DNA of 64,000 bases. Source: Bacillota bacterium. GTDB taxonomy: Bacteria; Bacillota; Limnochordia; Darwinibacteriales; Darwinibacteriaceae. A model generated the notes under the pieces. It was not told the origin of the DNA, ran no database searches, and saw only the letters and a program-made list of their open reading frames with translations. This document shows, piece after piece, positions 47,357 to 56,664 of this stretch. Position 1 is the first letter of the stretch. Every line of letters starts with the position of its first letter. The position numbers and the translations under genes are program-made. Location: positions 46,484 to 110,483 of the forward strand of contig JAKOTU010000040.1 in assembly GCA_029776155.1 (NCBI GenBank). The letters are read 5' to 3'.

Positions 47357-49045
47357 ATGCGCAAACGCCTTGGCGACATTCTCCAAGAAAAGGGTTTGCT
47401 TACCCAGGAGCAGCTGGCTGCTGCCCTGGAGGACCAGCGCACCACGGGCCATCGCCTGGGCGAGAGCTTGGTGAAGCTGGGGTTTGTCACAGCAGATCAA
47501 GTGGCCGATGCCCTCAGTGAGCATCTGCGCATTGAGCGGGTGGATTTCTCCCGGCGCTATTTGGCGCCGGAAATCGTGGAGCTCGTGCCCGCTTCCATGA
47601 TTACCTCCCACCATGTGCTTCCCCTGGATATTGAGGACGGGATTCTGGTGGTGGCCATGGCGGACCCCCTGGACATTAATGTGGTTGATGATCTGCAGCG
47701 TCTGACGGGGAGAATCATCCGCCCCGTGGTGGCTACAGAAGAGGAGATCAGTGAAGCTTTTCAGCGCACGCGCAACATCGCCCAAAGTGCCCGGGAACTT
47801 TTGGACGATTACCGGGCGGAAGAAAAAGAAGAAGCAGAGGAACCCACCCAGCAGTACTTGGGGGATGCCCCCGGTGTGCGCCTGGCCAATCTCATCTTGG
47901 AGCAGGCCATCATGCAGAAAGCCAGTGATATTCACCTAGAGCCCCACGAGGCCCGGATGAAGGTGCGTTATCGGATTGATGGGCTGTTGAGGGACATTAT
48001 GGAGATTCCCCGCCACCTCCAGGGCGATGTGAACTCCCGGATTAAGGTCATGGCGGGGCTGGATATTACCGAGCGGCGGAAACCCCAAGATGGGAGAATC
48101 CAGCTGAATTTCAATGGTTACGATGTGGACCTGCGCATCTCTACTCTGCCCACCGTCTACGGCGAGAAAATCGTGGCCAGGGTACTGCAGCGGGCCAGCC
48201 ATTTGATGGATCTCCAGGAGTTCGGCTTTAGTCCAGGCAACTTGGAGAAAATCGAGCGTATGCTGCGTCTGAATCAAGGTTTGATCTTGGTTACTGGCCC
48301 CACGGGGAGCGGCAAGACGACAACCCTCTATGCCTTTTTGAACCGGCTCAACTCACCGGAAAAGAATATTGTGACCGTGGAAGATCCTGTGGAATACCGC
48401 CTGGATGGAGTTAACCACGTCCAGGTTAATCCCAGGGTTGGTCTGACCTTTGCCGCGGGACTGCGCACCGTGCTGCGCCAGGATCCCGATGTGATCATGG
48501 TGGGGGAGATCAGGGATGAGGAAACGGCCGAGATCGCGGTGCGCTCTGCGTTAACGGGCCATCTGGTCCTTTCCACGCTCCATACCAACAGTGCTGTGGC
48601 TACCATATCGAGGCTGTTCAATATGGGTTTGGAGCCATATATTCTCAGCTCCACCATCATCGGTGTTGTGGCCCAGCGCCTGGTGCGCAGGATCTGCCCC
48701 GACTGCCGGGAGCAGGTTGAGCTGACCAATCCCGTGATGATTAGATATATCCGCTCCCTGGGCTTGGAGCCGCCCAAGGTGGTGTACCGGGGCAAGGGGT
48801 GCCCCCTCTGCGGGAACACCGGTTACCGGGGCCGAACTGCCCTGGGGGAAGTTATGGTTTTCAACAAGGAGCTGCGCCAAGCCGTGGAGCGGCGGGCGGG
48901 GGAGGATGAGTTGTTGGAGCTTGCCCTGCGCTCTGGGATGACTACCCTGCAGCAGTCAGCCATTGCCAAGTTGACTGCTGGTGTTACCACAGTGGACGAG
49001 ATCATCAGAACCGTGTACAGCGTTGAGATGGAGGATGATCTGTAG
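47357..49045 (+). CDS. pilB: type IV pilus assembly ATPase
   Basis: N-terminal RLG-L repeats (MshEN-like), ASDIHLEP, PQDG, GPTGSGKT, LRQDPD, tetra-Cys motif. Confidence 0.93.
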   Translation: MRKRLGDILQEKGLLTQEQLAAALEDQRTTGHRLGESLVKLGFVTADQVADALSEHLRIERVDFSRRYLAPEIVELVPASMITSHHVLPLDIEDGILVVAMADPLDINVVDDLQRLTGRIIRPVVATEEEISEAFQRTRNIAQSARELLDDYRAEEKEEAEEPTQQYLGDAPGVRLANLILEQAIMQKASDIHLEPHEARMKVRYRIDGLLRDIMEIPRHLQGDVNSRIKVMAGLDITERRKPQDGRIQLNFNGYDVDLRISTLPTVYGEKIVARVLQRASHLMDLQEFGFSPGNLEKIERMLRLNQGLILVTGPTGSGKTTTLYAFLNRLNSPEKNIVTVEDPVEYRLDGVNHVQVNPRVGLTFAAGLRTVLRQDPDVIMVGEIRDEETAEIAVRSALTGHLVLSTLHTNSAVATISRLFNMGLEPYILSSTIIGVVAQRLVRRICPDCREQVELTNPVMIRYIRSLGLEPPKVVYRGKGCPLCGNTGYRGRTALGEVMVFNKELRQAVERRAGEDELLELALRSGMTTLQQSAIAKLTAGVTTVDEIIRTVYSVEMEDDL

Positions 49046-50088
49046 TGCTTGTTCCTGCCCAGATTCGCTCCCTTGTGGAGTTTGCCATAGCTGCCCAAGC
49101 TTCTGACCTGCACCTATCTGCGGGCGTCCCGCCCATTGTACGAGTTTTCGGGTCCAGTAGGGCGGTCCCGGGGTGGGACAAGCTTGCCCCCGACGACATT
49201 AAGGCCATGCTCAGTCCCCTGCTCACTGACACCCAGCGCAGTCAGCTGGAAGAAAGGGGGCAGGTGGATCTCTCCTTTGGGGTGCAGGGTTTGGGGCGTT
49301 TTCGCTGCAATATCTCCAAACAGCGGGGCTCCTGGGCCCTTGCGCTGCGGGTGATCAGCTCTACCATCAGATCCTTGGAGGAGTTGGGGCTGCCGGAGAT
49401 TCTCCATGATCTAGCCCACCTGCGTGATGGCTTGATCCTGGTTACCGGCCCCACGGGCAGCGGCAAATCCACCACCCTAGCGGCCATGATCGACATCATC
49501 AACCGGGAGCGCCAGGGAGTGATCATTACCTTAGAAGACCCCATCGAGTTTCTCCACCACCACAAAAAATGTGTGGTGAACCAGCGGGAGGTGGGTACTG
49601 ACACTACCTCCTTTGCGGACGGTCTCCGGGCGGCACTGCGCTCGGACCCCGATGTGATTCTAGTGGGGGAAATGCGGGATCTGGAGACCATTGCCATTGC
49701 CCTTACCGCGGCGGAGACGGGCCATTTGGTCCTCTCCACCTTACATACCCGGGGGGCGGCCAAGACCATTGATCGGATCATCGATGTGTTTCCCCCAGAA
49801 AGCCGGCACCAAATCAGGGTGCAGCTGAGCACGGTTCTGGAGGCGGTCATCTCCCAGCAGCTGCTGCCCCGAAAGGACGCCAGAGGCATGGTGCCTGCGG
49901 TGGAGGTGATGGTAGGTACTCCCGCCATCCGCAACATGATCCGGGAGGAAAAGGTGCATCAGATCCCGGCCATGATTGAAACTGGAGCCCGCTTTGGGAT
50001 GCAGACCATGAAGGCAGCGGTGGAAGAGCTCATTAGGAAAGGCTTGGTGGATGAATCTGCCCTGTTTCGCCGGGAGAACTTCAGCTAG
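49045..50088 (+). CDS. pilT: type IV pilus retraction ATPase
   Basis: SDLHL, GPTGSGKST, EDPIE, GEMRD, AIRNMIRE motif. Confidence 0.94.
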   Translation: MLVPAQIRSLVEFAIAAQASDLHLSAGVPPIVRVFGSSRAVPGWDKLAPDDIKAMLSPLLTDTQRSQLEERGQVDLSFGVQGLGRFRCNISKQRGSWALALRVISSTIRSLEELGLPEILHDLAHLRDGLILVTGPTGSGKSTTLAAMIDIINRERQGVIITLEDPIEFLHHHKKCVVNQREVGTDTTSFADGLRAALRSDPDVILVGEMRDLETIAIALTAAETGHLVLSTLHTRGAAKTIDRIIDVFPPESRHQIRVQLSTVLEAVISQQLLPRKDARGMVPAVEVMVGTPAIRNMIREEKVHQIPAMIETGARFGMQTMKAAVEELIRKGLVDESALFRRENFS

Positions 50089-50105
50089 GGACAGGGGGGA
50101 AGCTT

Positions 50106-51305
50106 GTGATCCGCTACGCGTATACGGGGCGCAGCAGGGCTGGAAAGCAGATCAAAGGCATCGTAGTCGCCGAAGACGAAGCCGCCGCTCGGCTGCAGCT
50201 GCGGGAGCAGGGACATATTATCACCTCCCTCAAGCCCGTGAAAGAGCCGCGAGTTCTGTTTGAACGGCCGGTCAAACTCAAGGCCAAACACATGGCCATC
50301 TTCTGCCGCCAGTTCGCGATAATGCTCCATACCGGTGTGTCCTTGGTGAAGGCCCGGGAGATTTTAGAAGGACAAGCCCTGGATCCCGCCTTCGGGAAGG
50401 TGCTGCAGGTTGTGCGTCTTGATGTGGCCAGCGGGATAGCGTTCACGAAAGCCTTGGAAAAGCACAAAGGGGTTTTTCCCAATGTGTTCATCCACTTGGT
50501 TGAGGCTGGAGAGATCGCGGGCGCCCTAGCTGAGGTGCTGGACCGTTTGGCGGTCTATTACGAACGGGAAGATGAGCTGCGTAAAAAGGTATCAGAAGCG
50601 CTTATGTACCCAACGATAGTGAGCGTCCTCTCCTTGGCGATGGTTGTCGTGCTGCTCTTTGTGGTTCTGCCCATGCTGGCGGCGAACTTCGCCAGTCTAG
50701 GAGTACCCACGCCCCCGTTAACCCAGGCCGTACTCAATGCCAGGGACTGGATGGTGCGGCACTGGTATGTGGTCTTGGGAGTCCTTGCCGGTTTGGTGTT
50801 TGGCTGCCGGTTTACGGTGAGCACCAGACCAGGCCGCTGGGTGCGGGATTCTCTGCTCCTGGCCCTGCCTGTTTTGGGCGAACTGCAGAAAATGGTCATT
50901 TTCTCCAGGTTCTGCCGTACCTTGGCACTCCTGTTGAACAGCGGCATCGCCATGCTGCCTACTCTGCACATTTTGGAGCGTTTGATGGATAACGTGGTTG
51001 TGAAGAAGGCGGTGCAGAGGGCAACCCGGGGAGTGGAACGGGGCGAGGGGATCAGTGCTCCCTTGGGTGAGCACAAGGTTTTCCCTGCCATGCTGGTGCA
51101 GATGGTCTCGGTTGGCGAAGAGACTGGTAGTCTAGAAACCGTGTTGGTGCAGCTGGCCGACTTCTACGATCGGGAAGTGAACTTCGCGGTGGCTAGTTTC
51201 ACCAAGCTTATCGAACCAGCTATTATGCTTGTTTTGGCTGTGGTAGTACTGTTCATTCTCATTTCCGTGTATCTGCCCATGATGCAGATGGTCACAGCAA
51301 TTTAG
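50106..51305 (+). CDS. pilC: type IV pilus inner-membrane platform protein (T2SS F family)
   Basis: Two T2SSF repeats (GE-AG-L, GEETG-L), ALMYP, LIEP. Confidence 0.93.
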   Translation: MIRYAYTGRSRAGKQIKGIVVAEDEAAARLQLREQGHIITSLKPVKEPRVLFERPVKLKAKHMAIFCRQFAIMLHTGVSLVKAREILEGQALDPAFGKVLQVVRLDVASGIAFTKALEKHKGVFPNVFIHLVEAGEIAGALAEVLDRLAVYYEREDELRKKVSEALMYPTIVSVLSLAMVVVLLFVVLPMLAANFASLGVPTPPLTQAVLNARDWMVRHWYVVLGVLAGLVFGCRFTVSTRPGRWVRDSLLLALPVLGELQKMVIFSRFCRTLALLLNSGIAMLPTLHILERLMDNVVVKKAVQRATRGVERGEGISAPLGEHKVFPAMLVQMVSVGEETGSLETVLVQLADFYDREVNFAVASFTKLIEPAIMLVLAVVVLFILISVYLPMMQMVTAI

Positions 51306-51316
51306 GGGGTTGGGGA

Positions 51317-52345
51317 ATGGCTAAAAAGGCCATTGGCCTTGATCTGGATTACTCCACTATCAAGGCCGCAGAAGTCGTGCGCAAAGGCCGCGCCCGTGTG
51401 GTCTCTAAGCTCGTTGAGCTTCCGCTCGCACCGGGAACTATTGCCGATGGGAAACTGCTTAATCCCAGTGAACTGGTGCGCGGCTTGGAGACCTTGGTGC
51501 AAGCTGAAGGCTTTACTGCGCAGTCCACCGTTTTAGGGGTACGCAGCTCGTGGGTGACGGTGAAGGTTCACCGCCTGCCCAGCATGTCTAAACGCGAATT
51601 GGACCGAGCGTTGGAGTTTGAGGTACCCGATCTTTTCTCCTTCCCCATCGAATCCCCCAAAGACATCTGCTACGACTACTTCATCAACTTCCGCGGCGAA
51701 GACGAGGTTGAGGTGGTGGTGGCTGCCTGTGCCAGGCAGCATATCGAGCCCTTCATCCGTGCCTTTCGCGAGCTGGATTTGAGCCTGGAAGTGGTTGATG
51801 TGCCCGCGTTGGGCTGGCCTGCCCTGTTGACCCAGGAGGGCAGAAGGGCCTTTGTGGAGGTTAGTGCGCATCAAACCACCATCCTAGTGCTGTTTGGTCA
51901 GCTCTTCAAAGTCCTCCGCATTGTTCCCATCGGAAGTCTCCATATCATACAAGGCATCCAAGAAGCCTTTGCCTGTTTGCCGCAGGAGGCGGTAGCGCTC
52001 ATGGCCGAGCAGGATCTAGATTACCTGCTGGTGGAGGGACAGGGCAGCAAAAGGGTACTGCGGGCGGCGGTGCAGCAGTTTGTGGGGTCTGTCCTGCAGA
52101 CTTTGGACTTTGTACGCGCCCAGGAACGGGCCGCCAACTTCCGGGCCATGCTGGAGGAGGTAGTCCTCTTGGGCGAGCTGGCCGAACTACCTGGCCTTGG
52201 CGAGCTGCTGGCCAAGGAAATTGAGCTGCCGACGTATCCCCTGGGTACTATGGATTTATCCGTGTCCTGGTCAATGCCCAGGCCAGAGCGGCTCAGCTCC
52301 TTTGCTTCAGCGTTGGCCCTGGGCGTAAGGGGGGTTGCAGAATGA
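51317..52345 (+). CDS. pilM: pilus assembly protein PilM
   Basis: Actin-like N-terminus IGLDL..IKAAE; terminal ALALG; position in the operon. Confidence 0.85.
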   Translation: MAKKAIGLDLDYSTIKAAEVVRKGRARVVSKLVELPLAPGTIADGKLLNPSELVRGLETLVQAEGFTAQSTVLGVRSSWVTVKVHRLPSMSKRELDRALEFEVPDLFSFPIESPKDICYDYFINFRGEDEVEVVVAACARQHIEPFIRAFRELDLSLEVVDVPALGWPALLTQEGRRAFVEVSAHQTTILVLFGQLFKVLRIVPIGSLHIIQGIQEAFACLPQEAVALMAEQDLDYLLVEGQGSKRVLRAAVQQFVGSVLQTLDFVRAQERAANFRAMLEEVVLLGELAELPGLGELLAKEIELPTYPLGTMDLSVSWSMPRPERLSSFASALALGVRGVAE

Positions 52346-52890
52346 AAATCAACCTACTCCCCAAAGAAGAACGGCCCCTGAAACACTCCCAGGTGCGCTG
52401 GGAATTTCTAGTTGGTCTTTTGGGCCTTGTGGCCTTGGCGGCTGCCCTCTCCTTTTCGTGGTTGGAAGGAGTGCGGGTAGAGTCCCTGGAGGCTGCGCTC
52501 CGGGATGCCCAAGTGAGGGAAGCGAGGCTGCAGGTGCAGGTGCGGGATGTCAACGCACTGCGCCAGGAGATTGCAGCCCTGGAGGCCCAAGAAGATCTGC
52601 TCCAGGGACTTCTAGGAGGGACAGGGCATGCCGCGGCTGCTCTGGGCGCCGTGGGCAGTTTCTCCTTGGAGCGCCTGTGGATTGAAGAGGTGGCCTACAC
52701 TCCCCAGGCCACCACGGTTACCGGTTACACCAGGGATGTCACTTCCCTTTCCGCCTATCTAAGCCGGCTGCAGGCTTTGGGTGAAGGGGCTGAGCTCAAG
52801 CAGGCTCAGCCCATGGATAGCAGTGATTTCCAGGTGTTTGTCATTGAGGTCAAGGGGGTGCCCCGCGTTGCTGCGGTTGAGCAGAATTAG
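52342..52890 (+). CDS. pilN: pilus assembly protein PilN
   Basis: INLLP motif, TM, coiled coil. Confidence 0.85.
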   Translation: MKINLLPKEERPLKHSQVRWEFLVGLLGLVALAAALSFSWLEGVRVESLEAALRDAQVREARLQVQVRDVNALRQEIAALEAQEDLLQGLLGGTGHAAAALGAVGSFSLERLWIEEVAYTPQATTVTGYTRDVTSLSAYLSRLQALGEGAELKQAQPMDSSDFQVFVIEVKGVPRVAAVEQN

Positions 52891-53719
52891 GGAGAGGATC
52901 ACATGGCAGGTGGTGGTGGCCTTTGCCTTGTACGTGGCGGCGGCTGTGGTTCTGGCAGCGCGGTTTCTGCCCCTGCGCCTTAAGGCCGGGCGCCTCGAGG
53001 GCGAGCTCAATCAGCTGGCCAAAACCGAACAGCAGCTGGGCCGGCTTTTGGACCAGGCCTCGGGGCTGGAAGCCAGGTTGGCAGAGCTGCAGGCACGTTT
53101 AGATGATTATGCCGGGAGCATCCCGTCGCAGTATGATCTGCAAAAAGCGCTGACTGGAATTGAAAGGCTCGCCGCCTACTACGACCTTTCCGTGCAGACC
53201 CTGAGCGCCGCGCCGCTCCAAGTCTACCAGGATGGTAAGGCGGGGCAGGTGACCTTGTGGCTGGAGGTGGCAGGGGGTAGTCTGCTCCCCAGCTATCTGG
53301 ACCATCTTCAAGAGCTCGTTCCCTCCCTGCATGTACAGGAGCTGAACCTCAGTTATCTTGGCGAGGGGCGTTTTGCGCTGAGCCTTGCGGGGAATATGCA
53401 CGTGGTGCTGGTGCCGTCCGCGGAGCAGTCCAGCTACGAACTGCCTTCCTTTGGTGCCAGGAAGACCAGAGAATTGGGGGCACAGGCCTTCGGCCTTCCC
53501 TTTGACTCCATCTGGAAATTCCTCCAGGGTGGTGTGCGGGTCCTGGGGATTGTCACGGCGGGAAACGAGAAGGCGGTGTTGGTTCAGGAAAATGGTGAGG
53601 CGGGGCGCTGGCTCAGAGTGGGGGATCGCTTGAACCAGGCAGTTGTCATTGATATCTCCCACAATGGGTTATGGCTGGATTTAGATGGTGTGGAGCTGAG
53701 ATTGACCATAGGGGGCTGA
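52868..53719 (+). CDS. pilO: PilO-like protein with C-terminal PilP/GspC-HR-like domain
   Basis: TM, coiled coil, IP motif, ferredoxin-like PilO body; then VLGIV..AVLV..LRVGDRL..VIDI beta domain; TTG after AAGGGGG. Confidence 0.7.
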   Translation: MLRLSRIRERITWQVVVAFALYVAAAVVLAARFLPLRLKAGRLEGELNQLAKTEQQLGRLLDQASGLEARLAELQARLDDYAGSIPSQYDLQKALTGIERLAAYYDLSVQTLSAAPLQVYQDGKAGQVTLWLEVAGGSLLPSYLDHLQELVPSLHVQELNLSYLGEGRFALSLAGNMHVVLVPSAEQSSYELPSFGARKTRELGAQAFGLPFDSIWKFLQGGVRVLGIVTAGNEKAVLVQENGEAGRWLRVGDRLNQAVVIDISHNGLWLDLDGVELRLTIGG

Positions 53720-53723
53720 GAGG

Positions 53724-54653
53724 ATGCGGAGGAAAGGCATTGTAATTGCGGCTGTGCTGATAGCGGCTTTAGCTTCACAGGCGCTGGGCGCTGAGCTTGT
53801 GAACATGGAGTTCAAACAGGCGCCTTTAGGAGAAGTGCTGCAGATTTTGGGCCAGCTGGGGGGGTATAACGTCCTGGTGGATTCGTCGGTGCGGGGTGAA
53901 GTGAGCTTCGTGCTGAAAGACCTGTCGGTGCAAGAGGCTTTGGACCTAGTTACCAAAACCACGGGGTACGGGTACCAATTGGTGGGCAACACCTTGGTGT
54001 TTGCCAGTGAGGAGAGGCTGAGAAGCGAGTTCGGCAGTGAAGGGGTACGTTTTGTCTCCATTGCCCATGTTGCCGCGGATGATGCCCGTGCTTTGGTCAG
54101 TATGGTTGTACCCAATGTGCGCAGCTTTGTAGATGCCAAGCACAACTTAGTGGTGCTGTATGGCCCGGAAAAGGACCTGGAGGTGGCAGAGCGGGTGCTG
54201 AGGCAGTACGACCAGCAAGCCGGAGGAAAGGCCGTGCCTGCGCAGGCTCTTCCTCAGGAAACGCCCCTCAAGGCAGGGGAAGAGCAGCTATCCTTCTACG
54301 CGGTGCCCATTGAGTACGCGGATGGGCAGGGGATTTTGACCATGCTGCGCCACTTGCTGCCCCAGCGTGAGTTCGCCTTTCATCCTGAAAGCGGTCTACT
54401 CAGCGCTAGAACCACCCCTGAAGAATGGGAAACCCTGAAAGTGGTCATTGCCCGGCACGATCTGCCGGAGTTGGCCCTGAAAGGAATCCTGCGCAGCGCG
54501 GATCAGGCTGTGGCGCTGGTGGAACATGAAGGGGTCTCCCATTTCCTGAAACTAGGCGATGAGCTTGTGGGCTGGACGCTGACCGAGGTGGGGGACGGCA
54601 CAGCACAGTTCACCCAGGGTGAACGGAGCTTTGTAGTGAGATTGGGGAGGTAG
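53724..54653 (+). CDS. exported secretin N-terminal (N0/N) domain protein with C-terminal PilP-like domain, no secretin core
   Basis: Signal peptide; MEFKQAPL-EVL..NVLVD--V-G-V-F-L (N0/STN); N-domain repeats; LKGIL..ALVE..LKLGDEL-GW-L-EV. Confidence 0.7.
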   Translation: MRRKGIVIAAVLIAALASQALGAELVNMEFKQAPLGEVLQILGQLGGYNVLVDSSVRGEVSFVLKDLSVQEALDLVTKTTGYGYQLVGNTLVFASEERLRSEFGSEGVRFVSIAHVAADDARALVSMVVPNVRSFVDAKHNLVVLYGPEKDLEVAERVLRQYDQQAGGKAVPAQALPQETPLKAGEEQLSFYAVPIEYADGQGILTMLRHLLPQREFAFHPESGLLSARTTPEEWETLKVVIARHDLPELALKGILRSADQAVALVEHEGVSHFLKLGDELVGWTLTEVGDGTAQFTQGERSFVVRLGR

Positions 54654-54657
54654 CCGC

Positions 54658-56265
54658 ATGACAGCGCAGCAGAGGTTCCGATTGTCCGTGATACTGTTTT
54701 TGCTGCTGACGGGCTGCCTGGTCCTCAGCACCCCCAGTCTTGCCCAGACCTTGGATTTGGCCTTTCAAGAGGTGGATTACAGCCAAATCTTCATGGCCCT
54801 TGGGGCAAGCCAGGGCTTGAATGTGGTGGTGGATCCGGCCGTAACAGGGCAGGGTACCTTTCAGTTAAAAGGAGTCACCTTCGAAGAAGCCCTGGAGTTG
54901 GTTGCTCAGGTGAGCGGCTGCACTTACCGCATCAGCGGGAACACCCTTCTCGTTTCTTCCGGCCAATCCACTGCCGAGCTGAATAGGACGGATGTGCGGT
55001 ATGTGCCGGTGGAGAACTTGACCCGGGAAGAAATCTTTGAGGCTTTGAACCTGGTCATGCCCCCTTCCAGCATTTACGTGCCCCCCCAGGGAGGCCTGGT
55101 GGTGCTGCAGGGAACCAGCACTGTGCTGGACCAGGCGGAGGAGCTGCTCTTCACGCTTGATGCGAGCAAGACCGGTACAGGCGAGCAGAAGGCCAAATCG
55201 CTTTTGGAGATCTTCGCGGATCTCAGCGCTGCCCTCCAACTAGACTTGGTGGCTGATCCGGCCCTGGAGGACATTAAGCTCCACGTTCAGCTGCGCAGCC
55301 AGGATCCCTACGCGCTGATCAAGCAGATTCAGCTGCTGGTTCCCCTCAAGGTGGAGATCACCGAAACTACATTGGTGGTGGGCAGTTTAGCTGCTTCTTC
55401 TTTGGAGCGTGTGAAGGTTTACCGCCTGAATTACGCGGAACCGGAAGCGGCTAGGCAGGCCTTGACAGCGTTAATCAACGAGGAGCAGATCCGCATCGAT
55501 CAGGACCGCAAAAGCATTATCGTGCGCGGCACGGAACTGGAATTGGCCGAGATCGACTTGTTCCTGAGCGAGTTTGACCAGCCGCTACCCCAAGTTGTGC
55601 TGGAGGTCTGGGTTCAGGAGATGACCAGCAATGCCCTGAAGGATTTGGGGATCGAATGGCGCGGCGTGCCCAGTGTTTCCGGCGGCGATGCTCCCGTCTT
55701 TCTGGAGCTGGAATGGACTCCCTGGGATTTGATCTTGGCCCTGAGGGTCTTGGAAGAGAAGGGCGAAGCCAAGCTCTTGGCCAATCCCAAAATCTCTACC
55801 CTCAGCGGGCAGTCGGCGAGGATCTTTGTTGGGGACAGGGTACCGGTGGTGTTGAAAAACGAAGACGGAAGCTCCTTTGTGAGCTTCTTGGAGTCGGGCA
55901 TCAACCTCCGAGTCACCCCCCGCATCTCCGATGACGAGTACGTCACCATCCTGGTGCAGCCCGAGGTGAGCACGTTTGTGTGGCGCATGGAAACGGACTA
56001 TCCCCAGATCAGAACAAGGGAAGCGGAGACCACGGTGCGGGTCAAGGATGGCCAGCCCTTTGTACTGGGGGGCCTGCTCCAGGACGAGGAGCATGAGCTG
56101 GTTTCGGGTATTCCCTTCCTGTCGCAGCTTCCCGTCTTGGGCAAGCTCTTCCAGTGGCGGGATACCAAGCAGTCCCAGACAGAAATGACCATTATCGTGA
56201 TTCCCCGCATCATAGATGAGGGACAAGATGTGGTGGATCAGAGTTTTTTTACCGCAGCCCAGTAA
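54658..56265 (+). CDS. pilQ: secretin (PilQ/GspD family)
   Basis: N0 and N domains; QVVLEV, LANPKISTLSGQ-A-I-VG, GINL-VTPRI, V-VKDG--FVLGGL, IPFLSQLPVLGKLF, IPRI. Confidence 0.92.
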   Translation: MTAQQRFRLSVILFLLLTGCLVLSTPSLAQTLDLAFQEVDYSQIFMALGASQGLNVVVDPAVTGQGTFQLKGVTFEEALELVAQVSGCTYRISGNTLLVSSGQSTAELNRTDVRYVPVENLTREEIFEALNLVMPPSSIYVPPQGGLVVLQGTSTVLDQAEELLFTLDASKTGTGEQKAKSLLEIFADLSAALQLDLVADPALEDIKLHVQLRSQDPYALIKQIQLLVPLKVEITETTLVVGSLAASSLERVKVYRLNYAEPEAARQALTALINEEQIRIDQDRKSIIVRGTELELAEIDLFLSEFDQPLPQVVLEVWVQEMTSNALKDLGIEWRGVPSVSGGDAPVFLELEWTPWDLILALRVLEEKGEAKLLANPKISTLSGQSARIFVGDRVPVVLKNEDGSSFVSFLESGINLRVTPRISDDEYVTILVQPEVSTFVWRMETDYPQIRTREAETTVRVKDGQPFVLGGLLQDEEHELVSGIPFLSQLPVLGKLFQWRDTKQSQTEMTIIVIPRIIDEGQDVVDQSFFTAAQ

Positions 56266-56314
56266 CCCGAACGGAAAGACGAGGGGAACCAACCTTTGAG
56301 CGCGGTTACTGGGT
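56244..56314 (+). other. candidate -1 frameshift/slippage signal (U UUU UUU plus downstream stem)
   Basis: T7 at 56244-56250 read as AGT TTT TTT; 6-7 nt spacer; perfect stem CCCAGTAACC(56258-67)/GGTTACTGGG(56304-13). Confidence 0.55.
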
Positions 56315-56621
56315 AGAGTTCACAACACAACGGGTAGCCGGGGGGGTGAGTACTGAAGCGCAGAGCTTTGAAGTGGGGTTGGGGGCGGTTTACACTGCAC
56401 AGGAGTTGGGATTGACAGGCTACATGCAGTATTCCCTCACATTTCTTCGAGGACGTTTGCAGCTGGATCTATTGGCCGATCGCAGCTGGAATCCGCAGTT
56501 TACCCTGGGGGTACCATTGACCATCAAGGACTTGAGTCTGGAACCGCATCTGGTGTGGTCGGCGGCTAACAACCAGTGGTTCCTGCCCAACATGGGGCTG
56601 CGGGTGCAGTATCAGTTTTGA
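56250..56621 (+). CDS. outer-membrane beta-barrel-like domain in the -1 frame of the secretin (ORF track starts it at GTG 56346)
   Basis: Frame open from 56220 with no start codon before 56346; about 8 alternating amphipathic strands; ends GLRVQYQF; no signal peptide. Confidence 0.6.
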   Translation, partial: YRSPVTRTERRGEPTFERGYWVEFTTQRVAGGVSTEAQSFEVGLGAVYTAQELGLTGYMQYSLTFLRGRLQLDLLADRSWNPQFTLGVPLTIKDLSLEPHLVWSAANNQWFLPNMGLRVQYQF

Positions 56622-56664
56622 CAGACAGTAGGTCATAAATGTCTCAGGACAAGGAGGATTTGAG

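Noticed and set aside
56228-56299. ATG 56228 (MWWIRVFLPQ...) as the start of the beta-barrel gene
   Set aside because: It is in a different frame, stops at 56299, and even with an indel in the T-run would not give a signal peptide.
56258-56313. Stem after the secretin stop read as a terminator or c-di-AMP riboswitch
   Set aside because: It has a 36-nt loop and no U tract; only a GGGGAACC fragment resembles ydaO, and the other conserved blocks are absent.
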